NCBI GenBank assembly: GCA_965208835.1
Contig: OZ242358.1
Location: 3,328,001-3,392,000 of the forward strand
Source: Candidatus Latescibacterota bacterium
GTDB lineage: Bacteria; Latescibacterota; UBA2968; GCA-2709665
DNA: 64,000 nucleotides
Reading direction: 5' to 3'
Shown here: in pieces, positions 9,036 to 19,404 of the stretch
How the letters are laid out: each line of letters begins with the position of its first letter
Numbering within the stretch: position 1 is the stretch's first letter
Translations under genes and position numbers: made by a program
The notes under the pieces: generated by a model
What the model was told of the DNA's origin: nothing
What the model saw: the letters and a program-made list of their open reading frames with translations, nothing else
The model's database searches: none

Positions 9036-10874
9036 CTATGCCTGATTGTCCGTGTAACGAATTGCTTGCCGCGTGAACATTGATGAGTACACGCCCTTGA
9101 TCGACATCAACTCCTCGTGCGTGCCCTCCTCCACGACTCTACCATCTTCAAGGACAACGATCCTGTCAGAAATTCTAGCAAGGGAAAGCCGATGTGTAAT
9201 AATCACGGAAGTTTTGTCCTTAGCAATGTCTGCCAGAAGGGAGTGTATTTCATGCTCCGATTTCGGATCCAGGGCCGCAGTAGGCTCGTCCAGGATTACC
9301 AAGCCGCATCGCGACAGCCTCAGGAAGGCTCGAGCAAGTGCTACCCGCTGCCACTCCCCCCCGGATAGTTCAATACCGTCATCGAGTTCCCTTGTTAAGT
9401 GCCTGTCCATAAATCCTGGCCGCGTCTTAAGAACTTCATGAAGTCCGGCACCGGTGGCTGCGGCTTCAATAGCATCCCTATCACACAGGTTGTCAATTGA
9501 CCCGATGCCAATGTTCTCTGCCCCCGAAAGCGGAAACCGGGCGAAGTCCTGCATCACCGTACCGATTCTTCGTCTTAGATCCACTAAGCCAATTTCCCTG
9601 ATATCCATACCATTCCAGGAAATTGATCCCTTCACAGGGTCGAAGAGCCGACATAGCAACTTTACAAGCGTGGTTTTTCCTGCTCCGTTCTCTCCAACAA
9701 TTGCAACTGTCTCCCCGTCTCGAATTCTCAGATTAATGTCTTTCAGTACAAGACGAGTCTCACCGGGATACGAGAAGGACAGTCCGTCAATGTCAATGAC
9801 TGACTCATCTCGTTCAACGATTTCTCCGCCTTGATCCTTCAGTTCCGGTTCAAGATTGAGAATGCGAAAGATAGGCCCGGTAGCTAACCCAACAGTCCGA
9901 AGCTCGGACGCATTGCTGACCACGATGAAGATGCCGCGCTGTACCTGGAACACAAGACCAGCGTAGAGCGCTAGATCGCCGACCGAAAAACGCCCATCCA
10001 AGACTGCGAGAACAACGTACACGAACGGCGCACCTACTCCGACAACGCTGAGTAGCGACCAAAATAGAATCTGATAAGTTCCACGCCTCGTCACCTCGTA
10101 GCTTTCTCTGAAGGCAGACCAAAACTTTTCCTTCCAGCGATCGAGTATCAACGACTGGATCCCGAACAACCGAAGCTCCTTTGCGAATTCCTTCGAAGTC
10201 AGGATCCTTTCGAAAATCCCGACCTGCCTTTGAAGACTTGCTTGTCGCGCCTCTACGTTCCACTCCTTTTGTTCGTAATAGAACTGAACACAAACGGACG
10301 GCACCATCAGGCCGAAAATCACGAGCGGAACCCACCACTCGATCGAAGCTGACAGAACCAATACAGGAATCACCACGAACGTTCCGATCAAGAGATTCCC
10401 AACTACGGCGGTAAGACTCCTTAGTCTGCCAACTCCGCGAAGCGCAAGCTCGAGTTCGTTCAATAGCTCGGGTGTCTCAAAAAGTGCTATATCGTTAAAC
10501 ATTGCGATCTTATGATATACCCTCTCCTTTATTCTGCCCTCAACAACCCGCCCAAAAATCCCCACTCGGAATCCCTGAATCGTCTCGATGGAGTCCATCA
10601 GAAGATTGCATGTAACAAAGGCAATCATCCCGACGATAAGAGCAACTGACAAAGATGCATCAACTGAATAGTCCTTGTGCTCCACGACTTCATCAATTAC
10701 TATCTTCTGAATGTACAGGATCGCAGCTGGTCCTGACCCGAGGCCTAGCGTTAGGACAACCAGGCGCACTGTCTGACTTGGGGCAGTACGGACAACCATT
10801 GCCACGCTGGCACAAACGTTTCGAAACTCTTTTGTCATTTCTCTGATTAGGAAATTCATTCGATGATCAGACAT
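9036..10874 (-). CDS. ABC exporter, fused permease/ATPase (peptide-exporter type)
   Basis: N-terminal TM domain, GENGAGKT, LSGGEWQRVALAR, ILDEPT. Confidence 0.93.
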   Translation of the reverse strand: MSDHRMNFLIREMTKEFRNVCASVAMVVRTAPSQTVRLVVLTLGLGSGPAAILYIQKIVIDEVVEHKDYSVDASLSVALIVGMIAFVTCNLLMDSIETIQGFRVGIFGRVVEGRIKERVYHKIAMFNDIALFETPELLNELELALRGVGRLRSLTAVVGNLLIGTFVVIPVLVLSASIEWWVPLVIFGLMVPSVCVQFYYEQKEWNVEARQASLQRQVGIFERILTSKEFAKELRLFGIQSLILDRWKEKFWSAFRESYEVTRRGTYQILFWSLLSVVGVGAPFVYVVLAVLDGRFSVGDLALYAGLVFQVQRGIFIVVSNASELRTVGLATGPIFRILNLEPELKDQGGEIVERDESVIDIDGLSFSYPGETRLVLKDINLRIRDGETVAIVGENGAGKTTLVKLLCRLFDPVKGSISWNGMDIREIGLVDLRRRIGTVMQDFARFPLSGAENIGIGSIDNLCDRDAIEAAATGAGLHEVLKTRPGFMDRHLTRELDDGIELSGGEWQRVALARAFLRLSRCGLVILDEPTAALDPKSEHEIHSLLADIAKDKTSVIITHRLSLARISDRIVVLEDGRVVEEGTHEELMSIKGVYSSMFTRQAIRYTDNQA

Positions 10875-10977
10875 TGTGCCCCGGAACGAGATATTGTCAG
10901 ATGATGTGGATGGCGTGGCGGCCGCTTTCGGGCGAAGCCCTAACGGGCAAACACAGTGGGCATAACATAGCAGATGT

Positions 10978-11943
10978 TTATTTAGAAGTGGCTCTTGAAG
11001 TCTCGGCGGAGTCCTCACTTCTTCCAATCGCGCCTATCGAACCAAGCATCGAGCCGATCATGACCAGAAGGGCTCCTGCCAGACTGAGGCTGTTGAGTTC
11101 TTCCGGCTTAAGGAGATCCGGAAGCATAGGAGCAAAAAGGGTCATACCTGCTACTGTGATAAGGGGTGTCGTGGCAAGGACAACGCCGACTCTGGATGCC
11201 TCGATGTGGTCAAGTGCTTCTGCAAAACTCAGATAGGAAATGAGTGTAATCAGCGCACAAAGTGTAAGCAATGCAGATTGGAGCCGACTCAATTGAAACA
11301 ACTCAGTGGGATGCGAAAACGGCAAAAAGATCAGTGAGCCCGCCAGATAGATGAGAAACATAATTGACTCAGAGGGAAGAGATTTCAGCAATTGCTTCTG
11401 AGATAAGGCGTATACGGCCCAGGATGCGGCGGCAGCAATCGTGATCAGAATCCCGGGTAACAGTGAACCGGCACCCGAGAGGATTTCTGAATACCGCTGA
11501 TTGAAAAACAGAACCAACCCGATGATCAATGTGATGAGTCCAAGACCTTGTAACGTACTGAAAGATTCCCGGAAGATGCCAAGACTGCCTATCAACAAGA
11601 ACATGGGCGCTGCTTGAATGACCACTTGAACGGTGCTGGGCGATACAAATTCCAATCCCCACAGGTAGAGTGCGAAATTTCCACACAATCCTGCAACTGC
11701 TAGGAATAATAGTAGAAGCTTGAAACCCCGGAGTCGAAAGGCTTGAGAAAGCCCATTTTTTCGGGCAACGACTATTGCCAATAATAGGGCAGCTACGCCG
11801 AAGCGGAACCATGTGATCGTAATCACATCCAGACTGCTCAACAAGCCTTTCAGGACAATGGGCAATATTCCGAATAGAAGTGCTGTCAAGATGGACAGCA
11901 TCAATCCATATTGCCAGTGACCGGTAGGTCTATGGATATTCAT
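10978..11943 (-). CDS. DMT/EamA family transporter
   Basis: Two EamA repeats: TITWFRF, STVQVVIQ, AEALDHIEASRV. Confidence 0.9.
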   Translation of the reverse strand: MNIHRPTGHWQYGLMLSILTALLFGILPIVLKGLLSSLDVITITWFRFGVAALLLAIVVARKNGLSQAFRLRGFKLLLLFLAVAGLCGNFALYLWGLEFVSPSTVQVVIQAAPMFLLIGSLGIFRESFSTLQGLGLITLIIGLVLFFNQRYSEILSGAGSLLPGILITIAAAASWAVYALSQKQLLKSLPSESIMFLIYLAGSLIFLPFSHPTELFQLSRLQSALLTLCALITLISYLSFAEALDHIEASRVGVVLATTPLITVAGMTLFAPMLPDLLKPEELNSLSLAGALLVMIGSMLGSIGAIGRSEDSAETSRATSK

Positions 11944-12108
11944 CCAACGGTTCCGATTTGCTGTTATCGAGTTCTGTGCCTGATTTGGCAATTGGGGTGG
12001 TTGTGTTCTTACGACACGTTCGTGTTATCGTCGTTACTGCTTTCGAACTCGCTAATCGAGTTGCCGATGGACAAGGTGGCGTAGCCCGCAGCCAGCCGTT
12101 GCTTTTTT

Positions 12109-12615
12109 TTACGAGATCGTCCCCTGAATCCGAATGGTTCCCTCCAACAGTATCTCCCCGTGCTCGTCCTTCCGCTCGGCCTGCCAGTATCTTCGCGCCC
12201 TCTCGAACATCGATGCAAGGGTTTCCGACGCTTCGAAGTAACTTATCAGGTTCATATCGGCAGTGAACGCGCGCGCGCATTCAAGAATCTCGACATCATA
12301 CAGTTCGCACGCTTCCCTGTGGGAGTCGAATCGTCTGGCCGCACTCGCTTCCGGCCAGAGAAAGAGGCATTCAAACCGACTTGGCCTATTTGGAAATTCC
12401 CGTTGCCGAACGGTCTCCCACGCGAGTTCCAACATCGCACGACCTGTCTCGGCGGCATTTGGAACCGTTACCGCAGGAGAGCCCGTTTGGACTTCGATCA
12501 GGACCTGACGCATCAGATAGTTCTTGAAGTCTCCGGGCCTTACAACGGTTCCGGAGCAAAGGCCGGACTTCGCCGACCAATACAGGTGAGTTCCCGGTCC
12601 GATTTCACGAGACAT
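12109..12615 (-). CDS. DUF2441-like protein
   Basis: E.VRQREFPNRPSRFECLFL...RYWQ...EILLEG pattern. Confidence 0.65.
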   Translation of the reverse strand: MSREIGPGTHLYWSAKSGLCSGTVVRPGDFKNYLMRQVLIEVQTGSPAVTVPNAAETGRAMLELAWETVRQREFPNRPSRFECLFLWPEASAARRFDSHREACELYDVEILECARAFTADMNLISYFEASETLASMFERARRYWQAERKDEHGEILLEGTIRIQGTIS

Positions 12616-12791
12616 TGAATAGGATCTCGCCCACGCGGTTACAGGTTGCAATATGGTTTTTCAGGGCTGCCACGGTATTGTCTTGCACCAATTCACGCCA
12701 GAGAGCCCTTGCGTGAAACGTCCGGAGAACTTGCCGCAGGCAAGCTGGAAAAGGGCTGGGACGCCAAGAGCCGCAAGCGCTGTCGGTTCGA

Positions 12792-12975
12792 TCATACACG
12801 GGCTTGAAGAACGCCATGGGCGTCAGAACCGTTGTCTGATTGATCGAATTGTATCGTACAGTCAGAAAAGCCAGCATCCAGAATCAGCCTGAGATTGGTT
12901 TCCACACTGAGTCTGATATCATAGTTCCATTCTCCCTGTCTGCCTCCCGGAAGCTTTGCAATCCACGCGGATATG
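12792..12975 (-). pseudogene. 3' stump of a SAM methyltransferase related to 50149-50898
   Basis: IAKLPGGRQGEWNYDIRLSVETNLRLILDAGF aligns with VARLPEADRARWNYDITLSPDTNMRLLREAGF. Confidence 0.8.
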
Positions 12976-12988
12976 GCGTGAAGGCATC

Positions 12989-14035
12989 TCAAGACGTTCG
13001 ATCATCGAGGAACCGGATTGCCTCGGCATCGAGCGTCGCACCGCAGTCCGCTAATGCGCGCAACGCCTCGAGCCTGTCTCGTTCGACGGCGAACTGTGCT
13101 GGTGAGCGACCGAAGTTGTCCAGGTCGTCAAGCGAAACACCCCGCATGTGCAGGTACTCGACCATCGCAGGGAGGTTCTCGTTTGCCGCAACGTGCATCA
13201 ACGTGCCTCGTTCTCCGTCAAAGTGGCCGATATTGCATCTCGCATGTAGATCCGCGTCCTCCAGCGCATCCAGGCGTTCGGTCATCTGCGCTTGGACGAG
13301 ATGCCTGGGTGTCAACGAGACGCCCGCCCCTGCGAAGATCTCCATGAGCTCGACGTGACCGTGGTCGGCGATGGTGCCGAGCGCGTCGAAGCCCCACTCG
13401 GTAGTCACGGTGGGGTCGGCGCCGCGTTCAAACAGATACCGGGCGAATCGTTTCATACCCAGCCAGCCAACGTAACCGAGTGGCGTCTCGCCGCCATCCC
13501 CGATCGTGTTTATTGGGGTACCGCGATCGATCAGGAGTGACGCCATCGCAATGTGCTGGTCGGTCGTCTGGTCACCGCCGTCCTTTGCCCATCGTGGCAT
13601 CGCCAGATGCAGAAGTGACGCCCCACGCTCGACGCCAAGCTCCTTTTTGTAGACCCGTGCCCTCGCCAGATAGGGAAACGCATCGAGGATCCCGGCGACA
13701 GTGTCGAAATCCAACGCCTTTACCGCTTCTTTAAGCGCTTCAAACGTCTCGCGGGGTGCGACAGGGATGTTCTCCGAAAAGCATCGACTAAGATGAAATG
13801 GCCCCTCAAACCCACGTTCACGGGCAAGAGCGATGGAACAGTTGTGCGGCGTCGCACCTTCTTGAATAGCCGCATCGCTGAAGGGCTCGAGGATCGGGAA
13901 CGCGTTACGGTAACGCGCAATTGCCTCGCGGTCACCGTTTTGAATTGCCGCATGCATTATCTTTCCATCGGTGCTCTCGTCCGGTCTTGCTTCTGCTGTC
14001 ATATATGTTCCTTTGGGGCTGGGCGGCAAACTCAC
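12989..14035 (-). CDS. Ankyrin-repeat protein
   Basis: GASLLHLA, GETPLG, GTLMHVAA, GRSPAQFA repeats. Confidence 0.85.
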   Translation of the reverse strand: MSLPPSPKGTYMTAEARPDESTDGKIMHAAIQNGDREAIARYRNAFPILEPFSDAAIQEGATPHNCSIALARERGFEGPFHLSRCFSENIPVAPRETFEALKEAVKALDFDTVAGILDAFPYLARARVYKKELGVERGASLLHLAMPRWAKDGGDQTTDQHIAMASLLIDRGTPINTIGDGGETPLGYVGWLGMKRFARYLFERGADPTVTTEWGFDALGTIADHGHVELMEIFAGAGVSLTPRHLVQAQMTERLDALEDADLHARCNIGHFDGERGTLMHVAANENLPAMVEYLHMRGVSLDDLDNFGRSPAQFAVERDRLEALRALADCGATLDAEAIRFLDDRTS

Positions 14036-14131
14036 TCAGCGCGCATTGGCATAGCCGCGGCATTACCGAACAGCCACGGAAATTCGTTTCTGGTTGGATG
14101 AACCAGGAAAATTGGGCAAACCCACCATACA

Positions 14132-15574
14132 TCACCTACCCTTCAATCCCGCCAGATATTCGGCGACTTCGTTTTGTCCCGCGTGCCGTGCCCAGTCTTC
14201 CGGCGTGGCGTTGTGTCGATGATCTCTGATGTTTATGTCGATTCCTTTGCCGACGAGATAGACCACCTGTTCCATTCGACCGGCGAAGGCGCATTCGTGC
14301 AGAATGCTGGCCGGCTCGTGGGTACTCCATCTGGTGTTGATATTCGCGCCGTGATCCAGGAGATAGTCCGCGACTTGATAATTGCCGTTCTGCACAGCCC
14401 ATGCCAATGCCCTGTCGACGATCTCCTGAACGCCGACCAATGGTGATTCCCCGGGTGGGCAGGAATACAGGGATGGATCGCCCAACCTCGGGAAGCCGTT
14501 GGTGAACCTCTTTGCGACAGCTTCCATGTTGCCCAGACCGGCAGCGTGGGGCAGATCGTCAGGCACGGGCCAGATCTGCGACAGGGCCGGAACATAGTCG
14601 GCATTCCCGTATTCGAGAGCATAGAGGATGGCGCGCGACGCCGGCGGTTCAGCCACCGTAGTTATGGCCGCGCCGCTCGTGATCACGGCTTTGATCACCG
14701 GGAGTTTTCCTTCGGAGCAGGCCGCGACTGCAAGCAGCATCTCCTGGGTCTCGAGATAGCGGGGACCGAGAAGAAAGGGTTCGGTCGAAAACAGATCGCG
14801 GATGGATTCCGAGTCTCCGTCGTCCAGGGCAGCGAGCAGGCGCAATTCCACGGCCCGACGCCAGATCAGGCCGGGTTCGCCGTCCGCCTCCCGGTACGAG
14901 CGCGCCTGTCTTCCCCCTTCCGGCCGCTGTTCCAGGAGGAAGTCGACAAAGTCCGTTCTCCCCTGCCATGCCTCCACCCTTGTCCGGAGATCGTCGTCGA
15001 GCTGAAGGCAACAGCCTATCAGGAAGTGCGCGATGTCGCGATGACCCAGCCGGCAGGCGTAGAGAAACGCGTCGGCAACGATCAACGGATCATCCGCGGG
15101 ATCGGGCCAGTCCGCCTCAGCACCGTTGTATCCGGTACGCAGTTCCGCCTCCGGGCGTCCGACGTCGGACAGGAAGCCGGCAGGGTCGAAACATCCCCGC
15201 ACGCTTTCGAGATCGCCCCTCGCGGTCAACGTTCGGAGGTTTTCCGGCAGTACGCCCTTCTCGTCAAACAGCGCCAGCATGCCGTGGGCGCCGGTGTCGA
15301 TTGCCCTCAAGTAGACACGGGGATCCATAACCGCGCCAGCGTCGAGCAGAAGGCGGGCACAGTCGGGCCGGTTGTAGACGCCTTCATTCTCGGCGCCGGG
15401 AAAGTTGGCATACGAAATGGTGGCGTAAAGCAGAACGCCGCACTCGTCGTCCGGATTGTACCACATGAGCAGGCCCGGGTGCTCCGCAACGAGACTCTCA
15501 AGGCGAGCGGTATCGTTGGCGTCGATGGCCTTCACGGCTGCTTCTACAGCCCAATTCAACTCAGGAGCGGGCAT
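14132..15574 (-). CDS. Ankyrin-repeat protein
   Basis: LLDAGA, YLLDHGANIN, SILHECA, ATPEDWA. Confidence 0.85.
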   Translation of the reverse strand: MPAPELNWAVEAAVKAIDANDTARLESLVAEHPGLLMWYNPDDECGVLLYATISYANFPGAENEGVYNRPDCARLLLDAGAVMDPRVYLRAIDTGAHGMLALFDEKGVLPENLRTLTARGDLESVRGCFDPAGFLSDVGRPEAELRTGYNGAEADWPDPADDPLIVADAFLYACRLGHRDIAHFLIGCCLQLDDDLRTRVEAWQGRTDFVDFLLEQRPEGGRQARSYREADGEPGLIWRRAVELRLLAALDDGDSESIRDLFSTEPFLLGPRYLETQEMLLAVAACSEGKLPVIKAVITSGAAITTVAEPPASRAILYALEYGNADYVPALSQIWPVPDDLPHAAGLGNMEAVAKRFTNGFPRLGDPSLYSCPPGESPLVGVQEIVDRALAWAVQNGNYQVADYLLDHGANINTRWSTHEPASILHECAFAGRMEQVVYLVGKGIDINIRDHRHNATPEDWARHAGQNEVAEYLAGLKGR

Positions 15575-15589
15575 CGGTATTTCTGTCTC

Positions 15590-16541
15590 CTACATGAGAT
15601 AGCGAAACGCATCCCTGGCACGCTGGAGCCTGGTTGTATCATCAACCAGACGGGCCAACCTGTGGAAACCATAGAGTGTTTTAATCCGATGAGTAAGCCT
15701 GGCGCGATCTCTCCTCAGGGCGCCGGATTCCCAATAGATCCGGGGTGCAGGGATCCTCTTCAGCCGGCGCTTCCGTCCCGAGTTCGTCCTCGACATACGG
15801 CAGCGATCTCCACAGGCGAACATGACGATGGTGAGCCTCAAGTCCTTCCTGCGCCAGGTCATGGTAGCCACACTCATAGAGATCGATCAGCGAAGCGGCA
15901 TGGTTGATAACGTGCCACAATCCCCCGTATCCCTGTCTCCGTTCGGCAGCTGTCTCAAGAAGCTCATCCAACACCGCTTCGATCATGCCCTCCAGATTGG
16001 AATACGGTGGAAAGTCTCGTTGTTCCGGCAACGTGATCATGTCTCCGTCGATCCGACCCTTTTCCCTCCCGTAGTAACCGCTGCCAGCCGATGCCCGGTC
16101 AAAGCCCCCGATCAATCTGCATAAGCCATCGATGATAGACGATGTTGCGTGCTGGGGGTACTCCTGAAGCGCCCGAATGGAAAGAGAGGCGAAGATCACG
16201 TTGTGACCTGAGGAGCGTGTTTCTCCGATGTTCCTGGAGAGGACCTGTGCGATGCGGTCAATCTGATCTACCTGCACGGCTTCGTCCGGATACGGCACAA
16301 ACAGTTCCGACGTTGTGATGGATCCGCCTTCGCCGGGGTCGAATACCGACTCTCCATTGAGGACACGATCCAGTTCTTTCTCTATACCCGCATGAACCTT
16401 CCTGTCCAATTCACCGTGTTCCTTACTGAAGAGATAGCCGGCGACCAGGGTAGCGCCCAAATGTCCGGTCATGGTATTCGCAAGGTGGGCTCGGCTCAGT
16501 CCCAACAGCCCCTTTTCCAGATACTCAGGTCTAACCGCCAT
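15590..16541 (-). pseudogene. Conserved hypothetical helical protein, apparently frameshifted near 15740
   Basis: ORF 15681-16541 ends in a nonsense-looking tail, while an overlapping frame continues YWESGALRRDRARLTHRIKTLYGF...RYLM to a stop 15 bp before the next gene. Confidence 0.6.
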
Positions 16542-16645
16542 ATATCATCTCCACGTCTTGACGGCGTCAGTCAGGCAACTCCCAAATGGATTTCCGTCGC
16601 ATTTTGCAACAGATTCTTATTGATAACGAGTCCGCGGGACGTCGG

Positions 16646-17398
16646 CTATTGCCTTTCGTAGAGGGATGCAATCGGGAGATAGCCGGAAGTAACCGGCAAC
16701 GCGCGCTCGACGATCCGGCCTCGCTGAACCTGGAGCGACCAGGCTCCGGATTCGGCATTGGCGGAGATGACCCTGTACCCGTCCGGCGTGAACGCGACGG
16801 CGCAGTCATTGTCGATGGCGAGGCCGTTTCCACCCTTTCGCTTCAGCATATCGTGGAAGTCCTGCCTTCTGGGTACGCCGGTGGTATCACTGTTGTAGTG
16901 AGGACACGCCAGCCCGCTCAGCAGTCCCATGCCGGTGACGGCTATGTAGCGCCAGTCGTCGGGGCTGTAGAAGGAAATCGAGTCGCTGTGCCCACGGTCG
17001 AACCAGCAGATCGCTCCTGCGCTCACGCCGCAGAGGACGGCGCCATTCGTATGAGCTGACCTGAGCAAGGTGTCGACGCCAAGCCGCCGCCATCGGCGCA
17101 TCATCTTGAGCGTGTTTCCACCACCGACGTAGATGATGTCGGCCCAGGCGATCTTCTCGGCGATAGACCCCGGCGATGGCGGTTGGCCAAGCAGGTAGAG
17201 CACGTCGGTGTCGCACCCGTAGCTCTCTCGATACGCTCTGTCGAATGCTTCCCAGTACTCGACCGAATCGCTGCTTGCCGTCGGGATGAACAGGGCGTTT
17301 GGGTTCGATGATCCCGACAGCTTGATGATTTCCACGTCGATGGGCCGGGTTGCCAGGGTGCTGATGTCTCCGCCACCTATTGCGACGATGCTTCCCAT
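16646..17398 (-). CDS. Peptidase E / S51 family
   Basis: IVAIGGG, FIPTAS, IYVGGGNT, GVSAGA, CPHY. Confidence 0.92.
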   Translation of the reverse strand: MGSIVAIGGGDISTLATRPIDVEIIKLSGSSNPNALFIPTASSDSVEYWEAFDRAYRESYGCDTDVLYLLGQPPSPGSIAEKIAWADIIYVGGGNTLKMMRRWRRLGVDTLLRSAHTNGAVLCGVSAGAICWFDRGHSDSISFYSPDDWRYIAVTGMGLLSGLACPHYNSDTTGVPRRQDFHDMLKRKGGNGLAIDNDCAVAFTPDGYRVISANAESGAWSLQVQRGRIVERALPVTSGYLPIASLYERQ

Positions 17399-17453
17399 CA
17401 CATGACCCCGTAGGTAGTCAATCTGTGAGCAGCGCGAGACCTGCGTACCGCAT

Positions 17454-18224
17454 TTATGCGGCAAGCGAATCGTAATTCTCTTTCAGCCACGTGTTTTCTT
17501 CTTTCAGTTCCGCAAGATCTCCACGTTGGTAGAAGATGGACCATGGGAGGAGTCCCTGGCTGCCCAGAGTCTCGGTCCTGCGGTACTCTTCCAATTGCAA
17601 ATCGCTCAAGGTGTCCAGGATTGCGCTGGTATCCGTGCCGTAAGTGTCAGAGAGTACTGCTAACCTGGACCTGAGATCCGGCTTATCGGAAAACCCGGCT
17701 TTACTCCAGTGCGCTTCGCTTCGGAGAGGCACCGCGTACCAGGCAAACTGACTGACATCGCAGAGGGGATCACCCGGCTCGGCAAAATCCCAGTCGATTA
17801 TTCCTTTCAGGTTTCGCCCTTCCCAGACCGTATTCCAGGGTCCAAGATCCCCGTGTCGGATGATCATCCCGGGTCGCCAGGCTACATTGGGAACATACCA
17901 TTCGGCATCCTCGGGCGGCTCGAAATCCCTCACTGCATTGTGATATCGGGACAGAAAAAGCGCGACCTCGGCAAGGCCCTTTTCCTCGAGCATCACCTCC
18001 GGCCATGGTCGCCGGACAACCTCTCCAGGGATAAACGAAAGCACCTCGCGCCCGAGTTCGTCGAATCCGAGGACACGAGGAACTCCTGAAAACCCGACCG
18101 CCTCCAGGTAGCGCAGCAGGGCGTGCACGGCCGGCGTCCACCTGTGGACAGGTCTGCGCACGGTGTCTCCAATCCGCACAACGGGATTGACGCTTCCCCG
18201 GGCGGACTCACCCTCTTGCAGCAT
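17454..18224 (-). CDS. APH-family phosphotransferase
   Basis: VVRIGDTVRRP, HGDLGPWN, IIDWDFA. Confidence 0.9.
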   Translation of the reverse strand: MLQEGESARGSVNPVVRIGDTVRRPVHRWTPAVHALLRYLEAVGFSGVPRVLGFDELGREVLSFIPGEVVRRPWPEVMLEEKGLAEVALFLSRYHNAVRDFEPPEDAEWYVPNVAWRPGMIIRHGDLGPWNTVWEGRNLKGIIDWDFAEPGDPLCDVSQFAWYAVPLRSEAHWSKAGFSDKPDLRSRLAVLSDTYGTDTSAILDTLSDLQLEEYRRTETLGSQGLLPWSIFYQRGDLAELKEENTWLKENYDSLAA

Positions 18225-18391
18225 CGTCAGATTCTCCCGAGCCTGATTCGTAATTGCCCTCTTGTCTGGCCGCATGTCTCGCCACGATATACAAGCTTGC
18301 GAACCGTGAAGGTGGCTGCCGACAACCTGAACGGCAACGGCGCCGCAGCACAAGACGTGCTGTTAGCGGACGTCGCCAGTAGCATTTATCG

Positions 18392-19264
18392 TCAGATCAG
18401 ATCCGGTTCAGGGAGTCCAAGTTCCTTGACCGTCCACTGAAGACCTGTAATGAGCTGCGCCTGCTGCAGTTTGCGAACCAACGGCGTGTGGGGCAGGTCC
18501 GGCAACCCCGCACGCGAAGCGAAATACCCCGTAACATACGACGCCAGATGACCGGCGTCCGCAAGAATGTCCTGTGGAGGCGGCCCACCCTCGTGACAGA
18601 GACCGGGCAGCCAGAAGGCAATGTCGAGATCGGGATTGCCGGAGCAGGCGTTGTTCCAGTCGATTAGAACGGCCCGGCTGGCACGAAAGCAGATGTTGTC
18701 GCTTCTCACGTCAAGGTGGACAAGCGCTTTGCCTTCAGGTACCACTCTATCGTGCGCCATCAGGAGGGCGGGCAGACACTTTGTCAACCACGATTCGCTT
18801 GCGACGCGTATTGACAGGAAGGCCTCCGGGTGCGCGGCAACTTCGTGCCAACCGCGATGCGTGAAGATCTCCTGATATTCGGGCACACTCACCTGGCTCC
18901 CATGTATCGTTGCCAGACTGTCAAGAACCAAATCGACGCGAGCAGGCGTCCAGGGCGGTGGCCACGCGTTCCCGGTCAGGTCCTCCAATATCAATAACGG
19001 AGGTTCCTCCTCATCATAGGCCAATACAGCCGCCATGAAATCGCCGGAAAGCTGGCGGTAGACCGAAATCTCGGAATGCAGCCACGCGCTGGTGCGCCGG
19101 TCCGCAGCGCACTTCGCAAATGCCGTGTTTCCGTCCCGGAATCTTACGATTCTCCGGCAGGCGTTTGTGTAACCTCCCTGAACCGGTAACAACTGGTACA
19201 CTTCTCGTCCGGTCAGGTCCGCTATTCGCGATTCAAGTCCGTCGCACCAGGTGTCCGGTCCCAT
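18392..19264 (-). CDS. APH-family phosphotransferase
   Basis: GGYT, AFAK, HLDVRSDN, LIDWN; start uncertain. Confidence 0.88.
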   Translation of the reverse strand: MGPDTWCDGLESRIADLTGREVYQLLPVQGGYTNACRRIVRFRDGNTAFAKCAADRRTSAWLHSEISVYRQLSGDFMAAVLAYDEEEPPLLILEDLTGNAWPPPWTPARVDLVLDSLATIHGSQVSVPEYQEIFTHRGWHEVAAHPEAFLSIRVASESWLTKCLPALLMAHDRVVPEGKALVHLDVRSDNICFRASRAVLIDWNNACSGNPDLDIAFWLPGLCHEGGPPPQDILADAGHLASYVTGYFASRAGLPDLPHTPLVRKLQQAQLITGLQWTVKELGLPEPDLI

Positions 19265-19349
19265 AAATAACTCGCCATTCTCCCACCGATTCATCACGTC
19301 CAGTTGAAACGTGGTCATTGCCTTTGCTGCCTGCACTGAGCCTGCGGTC

Positions 19350-19397
19350 CCTGAGCCTGCCGAAGGGCCGAAGTGGCTTGTCGAAATGTCGAAATGC
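19350..19397. repeat. REP-like palindromic repeat (CCTGAGCxTGTCGAAGGG family)
   Basis: The same motif recurs at 27045-27086, 30112-30188 and 61604-61615. Confidence 0.6.
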
Positions 19398-19404
19398 CCG
19401 CGCT

